A DNA stretch of 52,020 nt. Origin: a virus (Duplodnaviria; Caudoviricetes). The stretch's first letter is position 1. Each line of letters begins with the position of its first letter. Under the pieces are notes generated by a model. The model did no database searches. It had not been told where the DNA came from and saw nothing but the letters and a program-made list of their open reading frames with translations. Below are positions 36,443-46,550 of the stretch, piece after piece. Position numbers and translations under genes: made by a program. The DNA lies in the IMG/VR virus record IMGVR_UViG_3300037706_000027, positions 1 to 52,020 of that record. One strand, given 5' to 3'.

Positions 36443-36826
36443 GATTAAACTGCGGATTAAACGGTCAATGTGATACACAAACTGCGGATCGGTCCCGTAA
36501 GTCGTTGATTTATGGAGGTGCTGAGATTCCCGGGGGTGGAAACACATACACGGCCCTCACGCACGCGTGTAGGGAATCGTCCCGCCCGGTTTGTTCCGGC
36601 AGCTTACCGCAAATTCCGCCACATAACCGCCCAAAACTACGACTGAATGTGCGACTGAGTGTGCGTCGATCCGGCGCACCTCCAGTGCGGCAGATTTCCG
36701 GACCGTACCTGTCCCGTTCCGGACATTGGCTATGTGAGGGCCCGAAAACGGGTTCGCTGGCCATCGCTTCCGGACGGTTGCCGGACCGTTCGCGGTGCGG
36801 TGCGCGTGACCCATTTGGTAACCCAT
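36443..36826. other. attP-like intergenic region with paired direct repeats
   Basis: GATTAAAC x2, AAACTGCGGAT x2, CGACTGARTGTG x2, GTRACCCAT x2 and CCGGAC x4 directly downstream of int. Confidence 0.55.
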
Positions 36827-36836
36827 GGGTCGGCCG

Positions 36837-37925
36837 ATGACGCCGTATTACGACGCGGGCGGCCTGACCGTTCACTGCGCCGATGCACTCGATCTGATGC
36901 GCTCGATCCCGTCGAGTAGCGTCGCGCTTGTAGCCACGGACCCGCCGTTCTTCGGCGTCAAGGATGAGGCGTGGGATAACGCATGGCCGTTCGCCGCGCA
37001 CTACCTGACTTGGCTCGACAGCCTGACGATCGAATGGCAGCGCGTGCTCAAGCCGAACGGCTCGCTGTACGTGTTCGCATCGCCCGAGATGTCGGCGCGC
37101 GTTGAATGCCTGATCGGCGAGCGGTTCAACGTGTTGAATAACATCCGGTGGGCGAAGCCGCCATACAGCACGAAGGCCGAGATGTTCGACAAGGAAACGT
37201 GCCGCTCGTACTTCCCCGCATCCGAGTCGATCATCTTCGCCGAGCACTTCGGCGCTGACAACATGGCCAAGGGTGAGGCGGGTTACGCGGCCAAGTGCGA
37301 CGAATTGCGGGGCTTCGTGTTCGAGCCGTTGCGGGCGTATCTGTCATCGGAACGTGACCGGGCAGGGATGACGACCGCCGACGTAGCTGAGTCATGGCGC
37401 GTGAAGACGGGTAATTCAAACCGCACCGGCATGGCGGGCCACTGGTTCGAGCGTGTGCAGTGGTCGCTACCGACGCAGGAAAACTACGAATGGTTGCGGG
37501 CGGTCCTGAACGCGCACGCTAACGGTTCAGGCCCAGTCCTGGCGCGGCCGTACGAATACCTTCAGCGCGAATACGAAGACCTGCGTGCTGAGTTCGAAGA
37601 CCTTCGGCGCGAATACGAAGACCTGCGACGTCCCTTCAACGTGACCGCCGACGTTCCCTTTACCGATGTCTGGACGTTCCCGACCGTGAACACCTACCCC
37701 GGCAAGCATCCATGCGAAAAGCCGCTCGCGATGATGGAGCACGTCGTCCGCACGAGCAGCCGGGAAGGCGACATCGTGCTTGATACGTTCTCGGGTTCGG
37801 GAACGACGGCAAGGGCGGCGCTCAACCTTCGACGGCGCGCCATCGTCGGCGATAGCGACATGCACTGGTGCCGGTGGACGGCGGATCGGTGTGCTCAGGA
37901 AGTCCTGAACTTGGAGCCCGCATGA
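36837..37925 (+). CDS. N6-adenine/N4-cytosine DNA methyltransferase, beta class
   Basis: DPPF precedes HPCEKP and DTFSGSG; internal HTH-like insert and YEDLR heptads. Confidence 0.92.
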   Translation: MTPYYDAGGLTVHCADALDLMRSIPSSSVALVATDPPFFGVKDEAWDNAWPFAAHYLTWLDSLTIEWQRVLKPNGSLYVFASPEMSARVECLIGERFNVLNNIRWAKPPYSTKAEMFDKETCRSYFPASESIIFAEHFGADNMAKGEAGYAAKCDELRGFVFEPLRAYLSSERDRAGMTTADVAESWRVKTGNSNRTGMAGHWFERVQWSLPTQENYEWLRAVLNAHANGSGPVLARPYEYLQREYEDLRAEFEDLRREYEDLRRPFNVTADVPFTDVWTFPTVNTYPGKHPCEKPLAMMEHVVRTSSREGDIVLDTFSGSGTTARAALNLRRRAIVGDSDMHWCRWTADRCAQEVLNLEPA

Positions 37926-38155
37926 GCGAGCGACCGGAAACGCTCGATGGGATTCTGCCGAACCCGAAAGAATTCGTCGGCATGTGGCTGCACGATGGCA
38001 GGGTGAAGCTGTTGAGCACGCCAAGGTGGAATCCCGACAAGAAGCGGCACGAGGCGCTCGCGATCGTGGACGAAATGCTCGCGTGGATCTCGCTGCGGAT
38101 CACGGTCACAGAAGTTGAAAAGGCAAACGAGGACGGACGCCTCGCATGACGCCCA

Positions 38156-38347
38156 TCACATCGGCGCCCGCAACCCCAGCACGTACGGCATCCAGCCGGG
38201 GACCGGCTTCCGCTCGGTCTCGAGCAGCCACACGTATTGCGCCGTGTAGGGCTCGGGCTTCGATACCGCCTCGGCCAGGGCGCGGCCGAACTCGCGTTGT
38301 GACAGGCCGCGGGATTCGCGGAGAGCGCGGAGTTCAGGGCCGGTCAC
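38156..38347 (-). CDS. XRE-family HTH protein (last gene of the leftward cassette)
   Basis: ELRALRESRGLSQREFGRAL...YVWLLETERKP. Confidence 0.8.
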   Translation of the reverse strand: MTGPELRALRESRGLSQREFGRALAEAVSKPEPYTAQYVWLLETERKPVPGWMPYVLGLRAPM

Positions 38348-38538
38348 TTGGGTGCCGTCATGTGCGAGAAGATCGCATCGACGCCACAGTCGCAGGGAAA
38401 GGCGGTCTGTGCGTCGTGCGCGCCCTGCGGGGCGTCTTGGCTCGCCGAGAACTTGGCGCAGAACGGCGTGTGGCTCAGGCCGCCGTACGCATGGACGCGC
38501 GATATGAGGCGCACCAATTCGCTATAGCGTTCGCTCAT
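38344..38538 (-). CDS. Small Cys/His hypothetical protein
   Basis: GGAGAG RBS; HxxxC...CxC; overlaps the HTH start. Confidence 0.5.
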   Translation of the reverse strand: MSERYSELVRLISRVHAYGGLSHTPFCAKFSASQDAPQGAHDAQTAFPCDCGVDAIFSHMTAPK

Positions 38539-38562
38539 TGTTCTCTCTCCCATGTGTTCAAG

Positions 38563-38748
38563 TCAGCCATCGACCCGCGTGGACCAGCGGCTTTCCGGTG
38601 TCTCCGGAAACATGCTGACGAAGCCTTCCCACTTGCCGCGCTCGAACGACTGGCACGTCGCGATCAGGTACGGTCGGCCGTCGTGCGTGGTCCGCGTGTA
38701 GGCGGTGCGGCGGAAGTCGGCGGTTTCGAATTGCCATGTTTCGGGCAT
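38563..38748 (-). CDS. Small hypothetical protein
   Basis: AAGGAG RBS. Confidence 0.55.
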   Translation of the reverse strand: MPETWQFETADFRRTAYTRTTHDGRPYLIATCQSFERGKWEGFVSMFPETPESRWSTRVDG

Positions 38749-38760
38749 GGTCGGGGCTCC

Positions 38761-39096
38761 TTAGATCGCGGCCAGCGGATAGATGTTGTACGCGCCGCGC
38801 GTCACCGGCTCGGTCGGGTTCGGGTGCTCCGCAGGGTTGCCATGGTTGCCCGGAACGTGCTCCACGCAGCAGTGGACTTCCTTCTCGTTCCAGCGCTGCA
38901 CGACACGGAACGCGACGGGCTTTTTGCACCGGACGAACAGGCACTTCGGCTGCTTGGCGTTCGTGATTGCGGCCTCCAGCGCATCGGACGCGGTGCCGCC
39001 GGTCGTGTGCCATGTGCGCGCGCCGAACTCGACTTCGCCCGCGTCGACAGCTTCCTTCGTCCGGCGCTGGATCTCGCGCAGTTGCTCGGTCGTCAT
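38761..39096 (-). CDS. Hypothetical protein
   Basis: AGGAG RBS; Cys/His cluster. Confidence 0.6.
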   Translation of the reverse strand: MTTEQLREIQRRTKEAVDAGEVEFGARTWHTTGGTASDALEAAITNAKQPKCLFVRCKKPVAFRVVQRWNEKEVHCCVEHVPGNHGNPAEHPNPTEPVTRGAYNIYPLAAI

Positions 39097-39129
39097 CGTC
39101 TCATCTCCTGTTGGTCGTTTCGGTTGCGT

Positions 39130-39273
39130 TCAGGACTCGGGAAACAGGCGGTTGAACACGCGCACCGCTTCGTTGTAGTCGGCGCGGTTCCACTTCGACC
39201 GACCGGCCTTCCGCATACGGGCATTCGCCGCATCCTTCGAAGCCGCCATCGCCAACTCGTAGGTCATCGTCAT
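39130..39273 (-). CDS. 47 aa protein, not in ORF track
   Basis: AGGAGA RBS; MTMTYELAMAASKDAANARMRKAGRSKWNRADYNEAVRVFNRLFPES. Confidence 0.7.
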   Translation of the reverse strand: MTMTYELAMAASKDAANARMRKAGRSKWNRADYNEAVRVFNRLFPES

Positions 39274-39319
39274 CTGTCGGTCTCCTGTAGTGGCGGGCTT
39301 TCTGTGTCCCGCTACAATG

Positions 39320-39348
39320 ATAATAGCATGGGGCTGGAATTAAGTCAA
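39320..39348 (-). promoter_or_regulatory. Strong sigma70-type leftward promoter
   Basis: TTGACT-17 nt-TATTAT with extended -10 TGn, in an AT-rich patch. Confidence 0.8.
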
Positions 39349-39371
39349 CCGGACTTTAGTAGGGGGTGGCG

Positions 39372-39725
39372 GTGACTCGCCGCACAAAAATACCGGCGCA
39401 TACACGGAAGATTGTTTCCGAACGGGACGGCCACGCATGTAGGTACTGCGGCTCCACGTCTGAGATTGAGTTGGACCATGTCCAGCCCGTCTCCCGCGGT
39501 GGTTCCAGTAAGCCGGAAAACCTTCAACTCCTGTGCAGGCTGTGCAACAACCGAAAGCTGGACCACTTGGAAGCCGATGCGCCCGAACTGGTTGTGATGC
39601 GCTGGTGCGAAAAGGTCTTTGGTCACTCTGCATGCAACGGGAAAGTCAACACCGCCAATATCCGCCGCCTGCTCGCGCACCTAGAACTCAATCAATGGCT
39701 GCGGACCAAAATGGGAGACGACTAA
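39372..39725 (+). CDS. HNH endonuclease
   Basis: RDGHACRYCG, LDHVQPVSRGG, NLQLLCRLCN. Confidence 0.9.
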   Translation: MTRRTKIPAHTRKIVSERDGHACRYCGSTSEIELDHVQPVSRGGSSKPENLQLLCRLCNNRKLDHLEADAPELVVMRWCEKVFGHSACNGKVNTANIRRLLAHLELNQWLRTKMGDD

Positions 39726-39730
39726 GTGAT

Positions 39731-40630
39731 ATGGCCAAGAAATCGGAAAGGACCGCGCTCCTGATGGATACCCGCCTTTCCGATACCGCTGTGCGCATAG
39801 GTCTCTACATCGAAAGCTTGGGTCCGGGCCTGCACCGGATCAGCTCTGACGACCTGGCGCGGGTGTGCTTCGGCACGCCGTCCCGAGAAACGGTCACCCG
39901 GTCCCTCCGGGCTCTTCGTATGCACGAGTACATCGAACAGCTTCCGGGTGGGCGTGGTCACCCCGATCGGTTCGCTTTTAGGTCGTCACCCGAGACTACC
40001 CTAAACACGGATAGCACCCGCTGGGAAGACGACCTAAACGCCGATAGGTCGTCACCACAGCATACCCTAAACACGGATAGGTCGTCACCAGGACCATACC
40101 TAAGTGTTTCTCACGCGGGGCGCGCGCGCGGAGACGCGGCTTTTTTGTCTTTAACTAACGATGAAGTAGAAGAAGGGGAACCCCCTATTATCCCCCTTTC
40201 GACCGATGCCGAGAGGGCGCTCAGGCAGCACTCCGACCTGCTCACTGGCTGCCGTGGTGCGCTTCGGGATTACCTCCGCCAGTGCGTCGCCCCAGAGAAG
40301 CAGTACGCCTATGTCCAGACGGTTGCCGGCTGGCTGAACGACCTCGAGCCGGTGTTCCGGCTCCCTGACGGATCCAGTCTCCACGATCGGGGCGAGCGGA
40401 CGAAGGCGCTAGGAAACGCACTCAACCTGCTCGCGGCCTCAGAAGAACGGATGATGACCAGGCCTATCGGAGATCCGGACAATCTCCGCACAAAACTGAA
40501 CGTCCAACTGAGGAAGAGATCCAATGGCGAAAGAAATGGCAGTTACGACCGAGCAGCTACAGGAGCGTCTTCTTCAGAGGCGGCAGGACCTGGGCGTGGC
40601 AAGTACGCCGGCCTCGATGACCACAGTTGA
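39731..40630 (+). CDS. Replication initiator (lambda O-like architecture)
   Basis: N-terminal wHTH (SRETVTRSLRALRMHEYI), internal DNA repeats, upstream of a DnaC-like gene. Confidence 0.75.
   Translation: MAKKSERTALLMDTRLSDTAVRIGLYIESLGPGLHRISSDDLARVCFGTPSRETVTRSLRALRMHEYIEQLPGGRGHPDRFAFRSSPETTLNTDSTRWEDDLNADRSSPQHTLNTDRSSPGPYLSVSHAGRARGDAAFLSLTNDEVEEGEPPIIPLSTDAERALRQHSDLLTGCRGALRDYLRQCVAPEKQYAYVQTVAGWLNDLEPVFRLPDGSSLHDRGERTKALGNALNLLAASEERMMTRPIGDPDNLRTKLNVQLRKRSNGERNGSYDRAATGASSSEAAGPGRGKYAGLDDHS
39979..40103. repeat. 33-bp iteron-like repeats (probable replication origin)
   Basis: TAGGTCGTCACC at 39979, 40045 and 40078, CCTAAAC/CCTAAG half-sites, AT-rich tract near 40141. Confidence 0.75.
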
Positions 40631-41456
40631 CGCGACGGAGCCGGCGTTCGCTCAGGCGGGCGGTGCCCCCAACTGTCCGCGCTGTGGCGCATTCCGGGCC
40701 GGCCGGGTTGTTGAGATTGCGGGTCGGCAGCACACCATGGTGTGCGCAGAGTGCGAAACGAAGCTGCGGCAGCGGGACGAGGCTGAGCGTGTGGCGGAAC
40801 TCGATGCTGAGCGTGGCAAACGCGAAAAGTTTCTCCGATCGAATCTCGAAATGATCGGGGTAAACGTGCGACGATACGTCGATCAGCGGCAAGCGTCATT
40901 CCAGGCGTTTGACCCCTCACCCGACGATGGTGCGCTCCGGCGTGCGCAGGAATTCGTTGATGTGTTCCGCACCGGGCAGCGGCCAAGCCTCTACCTCTAC
41001 GGAAGTCGCCGCGGAGAGAAGATCGCGGCCGGCAACGGCAAGACCCACTTGGCGATTGCGATCCTGCGGGAGTTGGCGCTCGATCCCGCCGTCCCCGTCG
41101 CCAGCCTCCGGTTCGTCTTCGTGCCGGAGCTCCTGCTCGAGATCCAGGACACCATGGACAGCCCCGGGCTGTCGATGCTCGACGTCGTCCGGAGCTACAC
41201 GAAGCCGGAACTTCTCGTCTGGGATGACTTCGGCGCAGAGAAGCTTTCCGAATTTGCGGTCCGGACGCTCTTCACGATCCTCTACAAGCGCGAGGGCCGC
41301 TCGAACGTGTTTACGTCGAACCTCTCTCTCGACCAGGTCGCGCAGCGGGACTCCTATGCCGAGCGCATCACGAGCCGGATTGCGGGCGATGCTGTTATCC
41401 GGCCGATGACGGGCCCGGACCGCCGTCCGTTGCTCAGGAGTGGAGCCGCCGCATGA
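40524..41456 (+). CDS. DnaC/IstB-like AAA+ helicase loader
   Basis: CPRC..CAEC, GNGKTH, LLVWDDFGAE, FTSN, RITSRI. Confidence 0.88.
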   Translation: MAKEMAVTTEQLQERLLQRRQDLGVASTPASMTTVDATEPAFAQAGGAPNCPRCGAFRAGRVVEIAGRQHTMVCAECETKLRQRDEAERVAELDAERGKREKFLRSNLEMIGVNVRRYVDQRQASFQAFDPSPDDGALRRAQEFVDVFRTGQRPSLYLYGSRRGEKIAAGNGKTHLAIAILRELALDPAVPVASLRFVFVPELLLEIQDTMDSPGLSMLDVVRSYTKPELLVWDDFGAEKLSEFAVRTLFTILYKREGRSNVFTSNLSLDQVAQRDSYAERITSRIAGDAVIRPMTGPDRRPLLRSGAAA

Positions 41457-41675
41457 CCGCCCCCCACCCACCGCCCCGCCCGGCAAACCAGCCGATGCGC
41501 CCGACGCTCGAGCAGGCGGTCCGCCGGAAACTGGCCGGCGAATGGCGCCGCCATGCTGACACAGCGGATGCCGCCGCGCAAATCTGGGTCACCGTCGGCG
41601 ACGCGCACAAAGCCGAGGAAAAGAGAATCGCCGCCCGGCTGCTGCGTGAACACGCAAAACTCGTGGAGGATGGAA

Positions 41676-41876
41676 ATGGCTGATGATCCGCTGGACGAGA
41701 TCGTGAATCGGGGCAAATACACCGGCGCGACGTGGGCACAAGTGATCGAGCGTGACCCGTCCTATGCGATGTGGGCCGCGGACGAGTGGACGCTGCCCAT
41801 GGATCTGCGAGACGCGATCCGTTTGAGCGCAGAGGAATCACAGATCGAGCACGACATGGAGGGCGAGAATGGCTGA
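41676..41876 (+). CDS. Small protein with GKY-G...DPSY..W motif
   Basis: RGKYTGATWAQVIERDPSYAMW. Confidence 0.55.
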   Translation: MADDPLDEIVNRGKYTGATWAQVIERDPSYAMWAADEWTLPMDLRDAIRLSAEESQIEHDMEGENG

Positions 41877-42483
41877 AGCACGCAATTGCCGGCGCTGTGG
41901 CAGGCCGTCTCCACACTTCACGTTATGTGATCGATGCGATGCATCCAGCTCGCTCTACGGAGGCACTGCCCAGCCGTGGCCGGACGCCCCGCGTTGCGCT
42001 TCGTGTGGTGCGCCATGGCCGCTGCATGACGAGGACTGCAAGGAGGGTCGAAATGGCTGAGACCGGACCGACAGCAGAGCAGCACCTGTTCGTGGTCAGA
42101 ACGTTTCTGGCAAAAGCGGACCGGGACCGAGACTTCCAGTCACGTGCAATCGACGCATTCGAGGTTTTTGTGCGTGCGCTCCAGCAAGAAAACGAGACGC
42201 TGCGCAAGCGTATTCGAGGCCGAGTACCTGCGCGGCTGGAACGATGGGCTGGCGTTCGCACGAGAGCAACGCGGTGATCCGGAATGCACGTGCGGCCCGT
42301 CGCCAGAATGCAGCGAGCACGGAGCGGCGGCGAGCGTGGAAGAGCGCGACCGACTACGCGACGGTCTCGCCAAGTTCGGGCAACACGCGAGCACCTGCGG
42401 GCTCGTAACGTGGACCGCCGACAAAGACGGCCACTTGGATTGCACATGCGGATTGGCGGCGCTGCTAGGGAAGGATGGGACGC

Positions 42484-45126
42484 ATGGCTGACACGGCGAA
42501 GGCCCTGCGCATCTGGGTGGCGCACTGTCCGTTTCGGCGCGATGGATCGCCGGTACTGGGCACGATGGGTTCGAGCATCGAGACCGTGGTAGTCCTGCAC
42601 TCGGACACATGGAAGAAGTTGTGCGAAGAAATCCCGGCGCTGGCCGCCACGCAATTCGAGGTTGGAACCTTCGATGCAGGTGCGCCATGAGCGACACAGC
42701 GAAGGCCCTGCCGGATGAGCCGGTCACGGAGTGGACGCATCCGTGTGGGTGCAATGATAGGGTGGTCAAGATCCTGAACCACTGTGTGGTGAAGCGCAAT
42801 CCGTGCTACGCGCACAGCCGTCCGCTCTTCGCAGACGAGCCCGCGCCGTCGATTCCACCGCCACAACCGAAGATCATGAGCATACCGGAAGAAGTGCGGC
42901 GCACCGCAGAGTCGGAGATCGCGGCGCAATTGGACGCTTGCGAGAAGGCCACTCGGGCGTTCACCCGCGAACTCGAAGTGGAGATTATGCGGAGGATCGC
43001 GAAGCGGCTCGAAACATTGGACTCGCCAGACATGGACATTGACCACGGGTACAAGAGTGCTGCTTATATGGTTGGTGACTGGGCCGACGAACTGGAGGCC
43101 AGCATGAAAGGTGGCGACGATGCCTCGTAAGGTTACAATCGGCGGCTGCGAGTGGTCGCAAGCAGAAGCGGGGCGGTGGGAGGCGGAACGCGGGGTGGTG
43201 TGCAAGATGGAGTTCACGATTGCGAAGCCCCTCAAACACTCGACGCTCGTGCGCGCAGTAGATGCGTGGGTGTTCTGGCCAGCAGATACTAACGCGCAGG
43301 GCGTCGGGCCGTTCTCCACCATGAGGGAAGCAATGCGAGCGGCCAACGATCAAACGCTAACGCAATAGGAGGGACAAGTAATGCAAGCGCACGATGACAA
43401 AGTGAGACAGGCGATCGAGGCAACCCGGTTGGCGGTATCGGAGATTGCCGACCTGGTCCTGTTTCATGACAAGAACGCCGAAAACCAATGGCCCGTACAA
43501 CAGGCCGTGCGAGACATGGACCATTGCGTGGGCGCGCTCCGCTCCGCTCCCGTAGAGCCCCAGAGCGAGCCGCTGCACACTCGTTACCGTCGTTATGGTA
43601 CCGTGGATGAGGCGCGAGCGGCCGAGCGTCCCGAAGATGGAGACGACGATCGAGCGATAGCAGCAAACAAGGCCATCCTCGATGCAACGATTTGGCTTCG
43701 ACCCGACGAGCGGAGTATCGTGGTTGACTCGCTGCGCTCCCTCTCTGAGCAACTGAAAGAAGCGCGCGCTCGCATCGACACGGTAGAGGAGTCGGCCGCA
43801 GAGGATACTCGCTGCATCAACGAGTGGGCGAGGAAATGGCAAGATGTGACGGCCGAGCGTCACGAGTTGGCGAAGAAGCTGGAAGAGGCAGAGCGAGAAC
43901 GCGACAAACTAGCCTACCTGTACAAAGAAGCCCGTGCAGCGTTGGCTGGTGTTGCGATGTCGGTATGTTTCAGGACGCCATTTGGCCCCGACTGTGGAAA
44001 CTGCGTCGCATGCTACGCAAGACAGAAGCTGGCCCGTCTGGGGGAGCCCGAGAGGGAGACAACCGAATGACTGGGCGCTGTCGTCATCGAGCTTCGTGGT
44101 TCATCGCGAACGGTCATTACGAGTGGTGCTATCGGTGTGGGGCGTTGCGTTCGCTGGACCAAGTGACCGAGTCTGCCTTCGTGCCAACGACGCAATGGCA
44201 ACGTCCTGTGGGGCCGACTCGGCCGAACCCGTTTCCGATGAAACCGCTTCGCCGCGAGCCAACGAGCGGGTATACGCGGATGACACCCGAAAGGAGCACG
44301 TAATGCACTGGATTGTCGCCACACCCGAGGGAAACAGGACCGTTCCCGTCGACGCCGCGAATATCGAGGCGTTAACGGGCGGCGGGCTGACGGCGGAGCA
44401 GGTCGCGGGGCTATTGGCGAAACTGCCGTCTTATGCGGTTCCGGCGTACTATGCTGCGGCAATGTCTCAGCTTCCGGCCGGGACGATGATCGCCCTTTAC
44501 CGAGCAATGAACTACGACACACCGGATGACAAGTGGCCATTCTGGCCCGCCGTGCTCGATCCGCGCCCGAACCAGGAAGAGACGCCCGACGGCTCGGGCG
44601 GCATCAGGCTCGTCGAGATCCCGGAAGAGAGGCGCGGGCCGGCGCCGGAGCCGGTGGAGTGGTGGGCTGATGCTGGTGACTCCGAAGCTGACAACCCGGC
44701 CGCGACGGAGACCGCAAGCGGGGCGCAGGCCGAAGCCGGGTCGGCCAGCGTCAGTCTCACGGATGGCAGCCGTCGAGTTGTGGCCGGCTGGCAACGATCG
44801 GACGAGCGGGCCGTGTTCGCGCTTTGTGAGGATGGTTCTTTCTGGCGAATGTGGTTCACCGGCGGAGTGCCTGGTGCGTGGCAGATGATCGGGCCCTCGA
44901 TTCCGACGGAGGGCGAATCATGAGCAGACCGCCGCTCCTCTGCCCGAACGGGCACAACTGGTCCGAAGGCAACCGCCATACGGAGGGCTTCACGTTCCGC
45001 ACGTTTACCGTACCAAACCATTACGTTTGCGACTCGTGCGATGAGCGGTGGACGTCGGAGGGTCCGTTGCGCACCATGCCGACAGGCCCGATGCCGGAGT
45101 GGAAACCGAGGCGGGCGACACCATGA
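42484..45126 (+). other. Run of accessory hypothetical ORFs (42484-42690, 42687-43130, 43120-43368, 43381-44070, 44067-44303, 44303-44923, 44920-45126)
   Basis: Coupled starts and stops, RBS motifs; no recognised families. Confidence 0.55.
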
Positions 45127-45617
45127 CCGACCTTCCCCACCGCCTGGCCTCGCTCTCGCCCGCCGTGCTCGAGTTGCTCCGGCACCGTGGCGACATCGTG
45201 GGTGAAGCGGTGAGGTCAGCGATTGGCGAGGCGCTGGAACTGACGGGTCAGAAAATTTCTCACGAGCCCGCAACGGATTCGAGTGCACGAAACGGATCGG
45301 TGCGAATTTCCGTGGACGAGCGCGGCATGAACAAAACGGAGGCCGCGTATGCTCGGTATCTGGATCTGCGCATCGAGGCCGGCGAGGTCAGGGACTACTG
45401 GTTCGAAGTGCTCAAGGTGCGCCTTGCCGATCGAACGTGGTTCATGGCTGACTTTGCGGTGCGCATGAGCAACGGTGAACTCGAAATGCACGAGGTCAAG
45501 GGGCCGTACATTCGAGAGGACGCGATCGTTAAATTCAAGGTTGCGCGGAAGCTGCATCCGTGGGCGACGTGGCGCATGATGCAGCGGGACAACCATCAAT
45601 GGCGGCAGATACGATGA
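45123..45617 (+). CDS. DUF1064-like PD-(D/E)XK nuclease (possible resolvase)
   Basis: MNKTEAAY, FMADF, HEVKG. Confidence 0.75.
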   Translation: MTDLPHRLASLSPAVLELLRHRGDIVGEAVRSAIGEALELTGQKISHEPATDSSARNGSVRISVDERGMNKTEAAYARYLDLRIEAGEVRDYWFEVLKVRLADRTWFMADFAVRMSNGELEMHEVKGPYIREDAIVKFKVARKLHPWATWRMMQRDNHQWRQIR

Positions 45618-45668
45618 GCGGTGGGGTGTATGTGCTGGCGAGAGGGATCGGGGATATGGAGGCGAGGC

Positions 45669-46550
45669 TTGGCTGATTGCTACCTCGTCCGCGGCCATGT
45701 CGGACTCGGCGATAACATTTATCAGCGCCCGTTCGTCCGCCGGATCGCGGAACACGGAGAGTGCTGGCTGCAAACACCGTGGCCTGAACTCTACGAGGAC
45801 ATTCCGGGCGTTCGGTTCGTCCGCATGACCGTCGGCCTCCGCACGCAGGCCAAAAATATCGATCGGCAACCGCATTCGCGGTGGTCGCGCCCACCGGCCG
45901 ATTGCAAGAACGTTCGTCTGCACTACTCTGCCAGGGCCGGGCTTCCTGGACACTTCGCGCAGTTCCGGCAGCGGTTCCCGTTCCCGACGGGTGATCTGCG
46001 GTTCGATCTGCCGGTCACGATTCCCTCATGGGGGCTCTTGACGGACAGGCCCATAGCGTTCGTCCGGCCAGTCACGGAGCGCATCGAGTGGCCCGCGCCG
46101 GCACGTTCGCCGGATCCTGCTTACATCGAGCAGGCTTGCGGGATACTTCGCGATCAGGGCTACCACGTCGTGCTCGTGGCGCACCTCGAGCCGGGCGCGG
46201 AAACTTTGGTTGGAGATCTGCCGCTCCACGATACAGCATTCCTCCACGGAGAACTGGACATCGTGCGCCTGCTCGGCCTGCTCAAGGGCTCCGCGATCGC
46301 CGTGGGTGGTTCCGGCTGGATTGTTCCGGCTGCTCTGGCTGCTGGCGTTCCGCTCGTGCTCATCGGTGGTGGGTGTGGGGCGGTCAACTCGCCAGAATGG
46401 CTGACCGACCCGGCGATGGACACGTCGCGCTTCCTGCCGATCCTGCCGGACAATTATTGCCGGTGCGCGGACCGGTGGCACGATTGCGACAAAAGGATCA
46501 CGGGGTTCGCGGAGAGGTTCGAGGCCGTCATGGGAATGGTGGCGGCATGA
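45669..46550 (+). CDS. GT-B glycosyltransferase, GT9 (heptosyltransferase)-like
   Basis: GLGDNIYQRP, IAVGGSGWIVPAALAAGVP; GGAGG RBS before TTG. Confidence 0.72.
   Translation: MADCYLVRGHVGLGDNIYQRPFVRRIAEHGECWLQTPWPELYEDIPGVRFVRMTVGLRTQAKNIDRQPHSRWSRPPADCKNVRLHYSARAGLPGHFAQFRQRFPFPTGDLRFDLPVTIPSWGLLTDRPIAFVRPVTERIEWPAPARSPDPAYIEQACGILRDQGYHVVLVAHLEPGAETLVGDLPLHDTAFLHGELDIVRLLGLLKGSAIAVGGSGWIVPAALAAGVPLVLIGGGCGAVNSPEWLTDPAMDTSRFLPILPDNYCRCADRWHDCDKRITGFAERFEAVMGMVAA

Noticed and set aside
36436-36840. 134-aa ORF after integrase
   Set aside because: It spans the repeat-rich attP-like region and has no protein-like features.
37550-37630. 21-nt repeats (GAAGACCTGCG) in the methyltransferase
   Set aside because: In-frame heptad coiled-coil repeats of a kind seen in phage methyltransferases, not a separate element.
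38146-39375. 409-aa plus-strand ORF
   Set aside because: Arg/Ala-rich shadow of the leftward cassette, which has its own promoter and RBSs.
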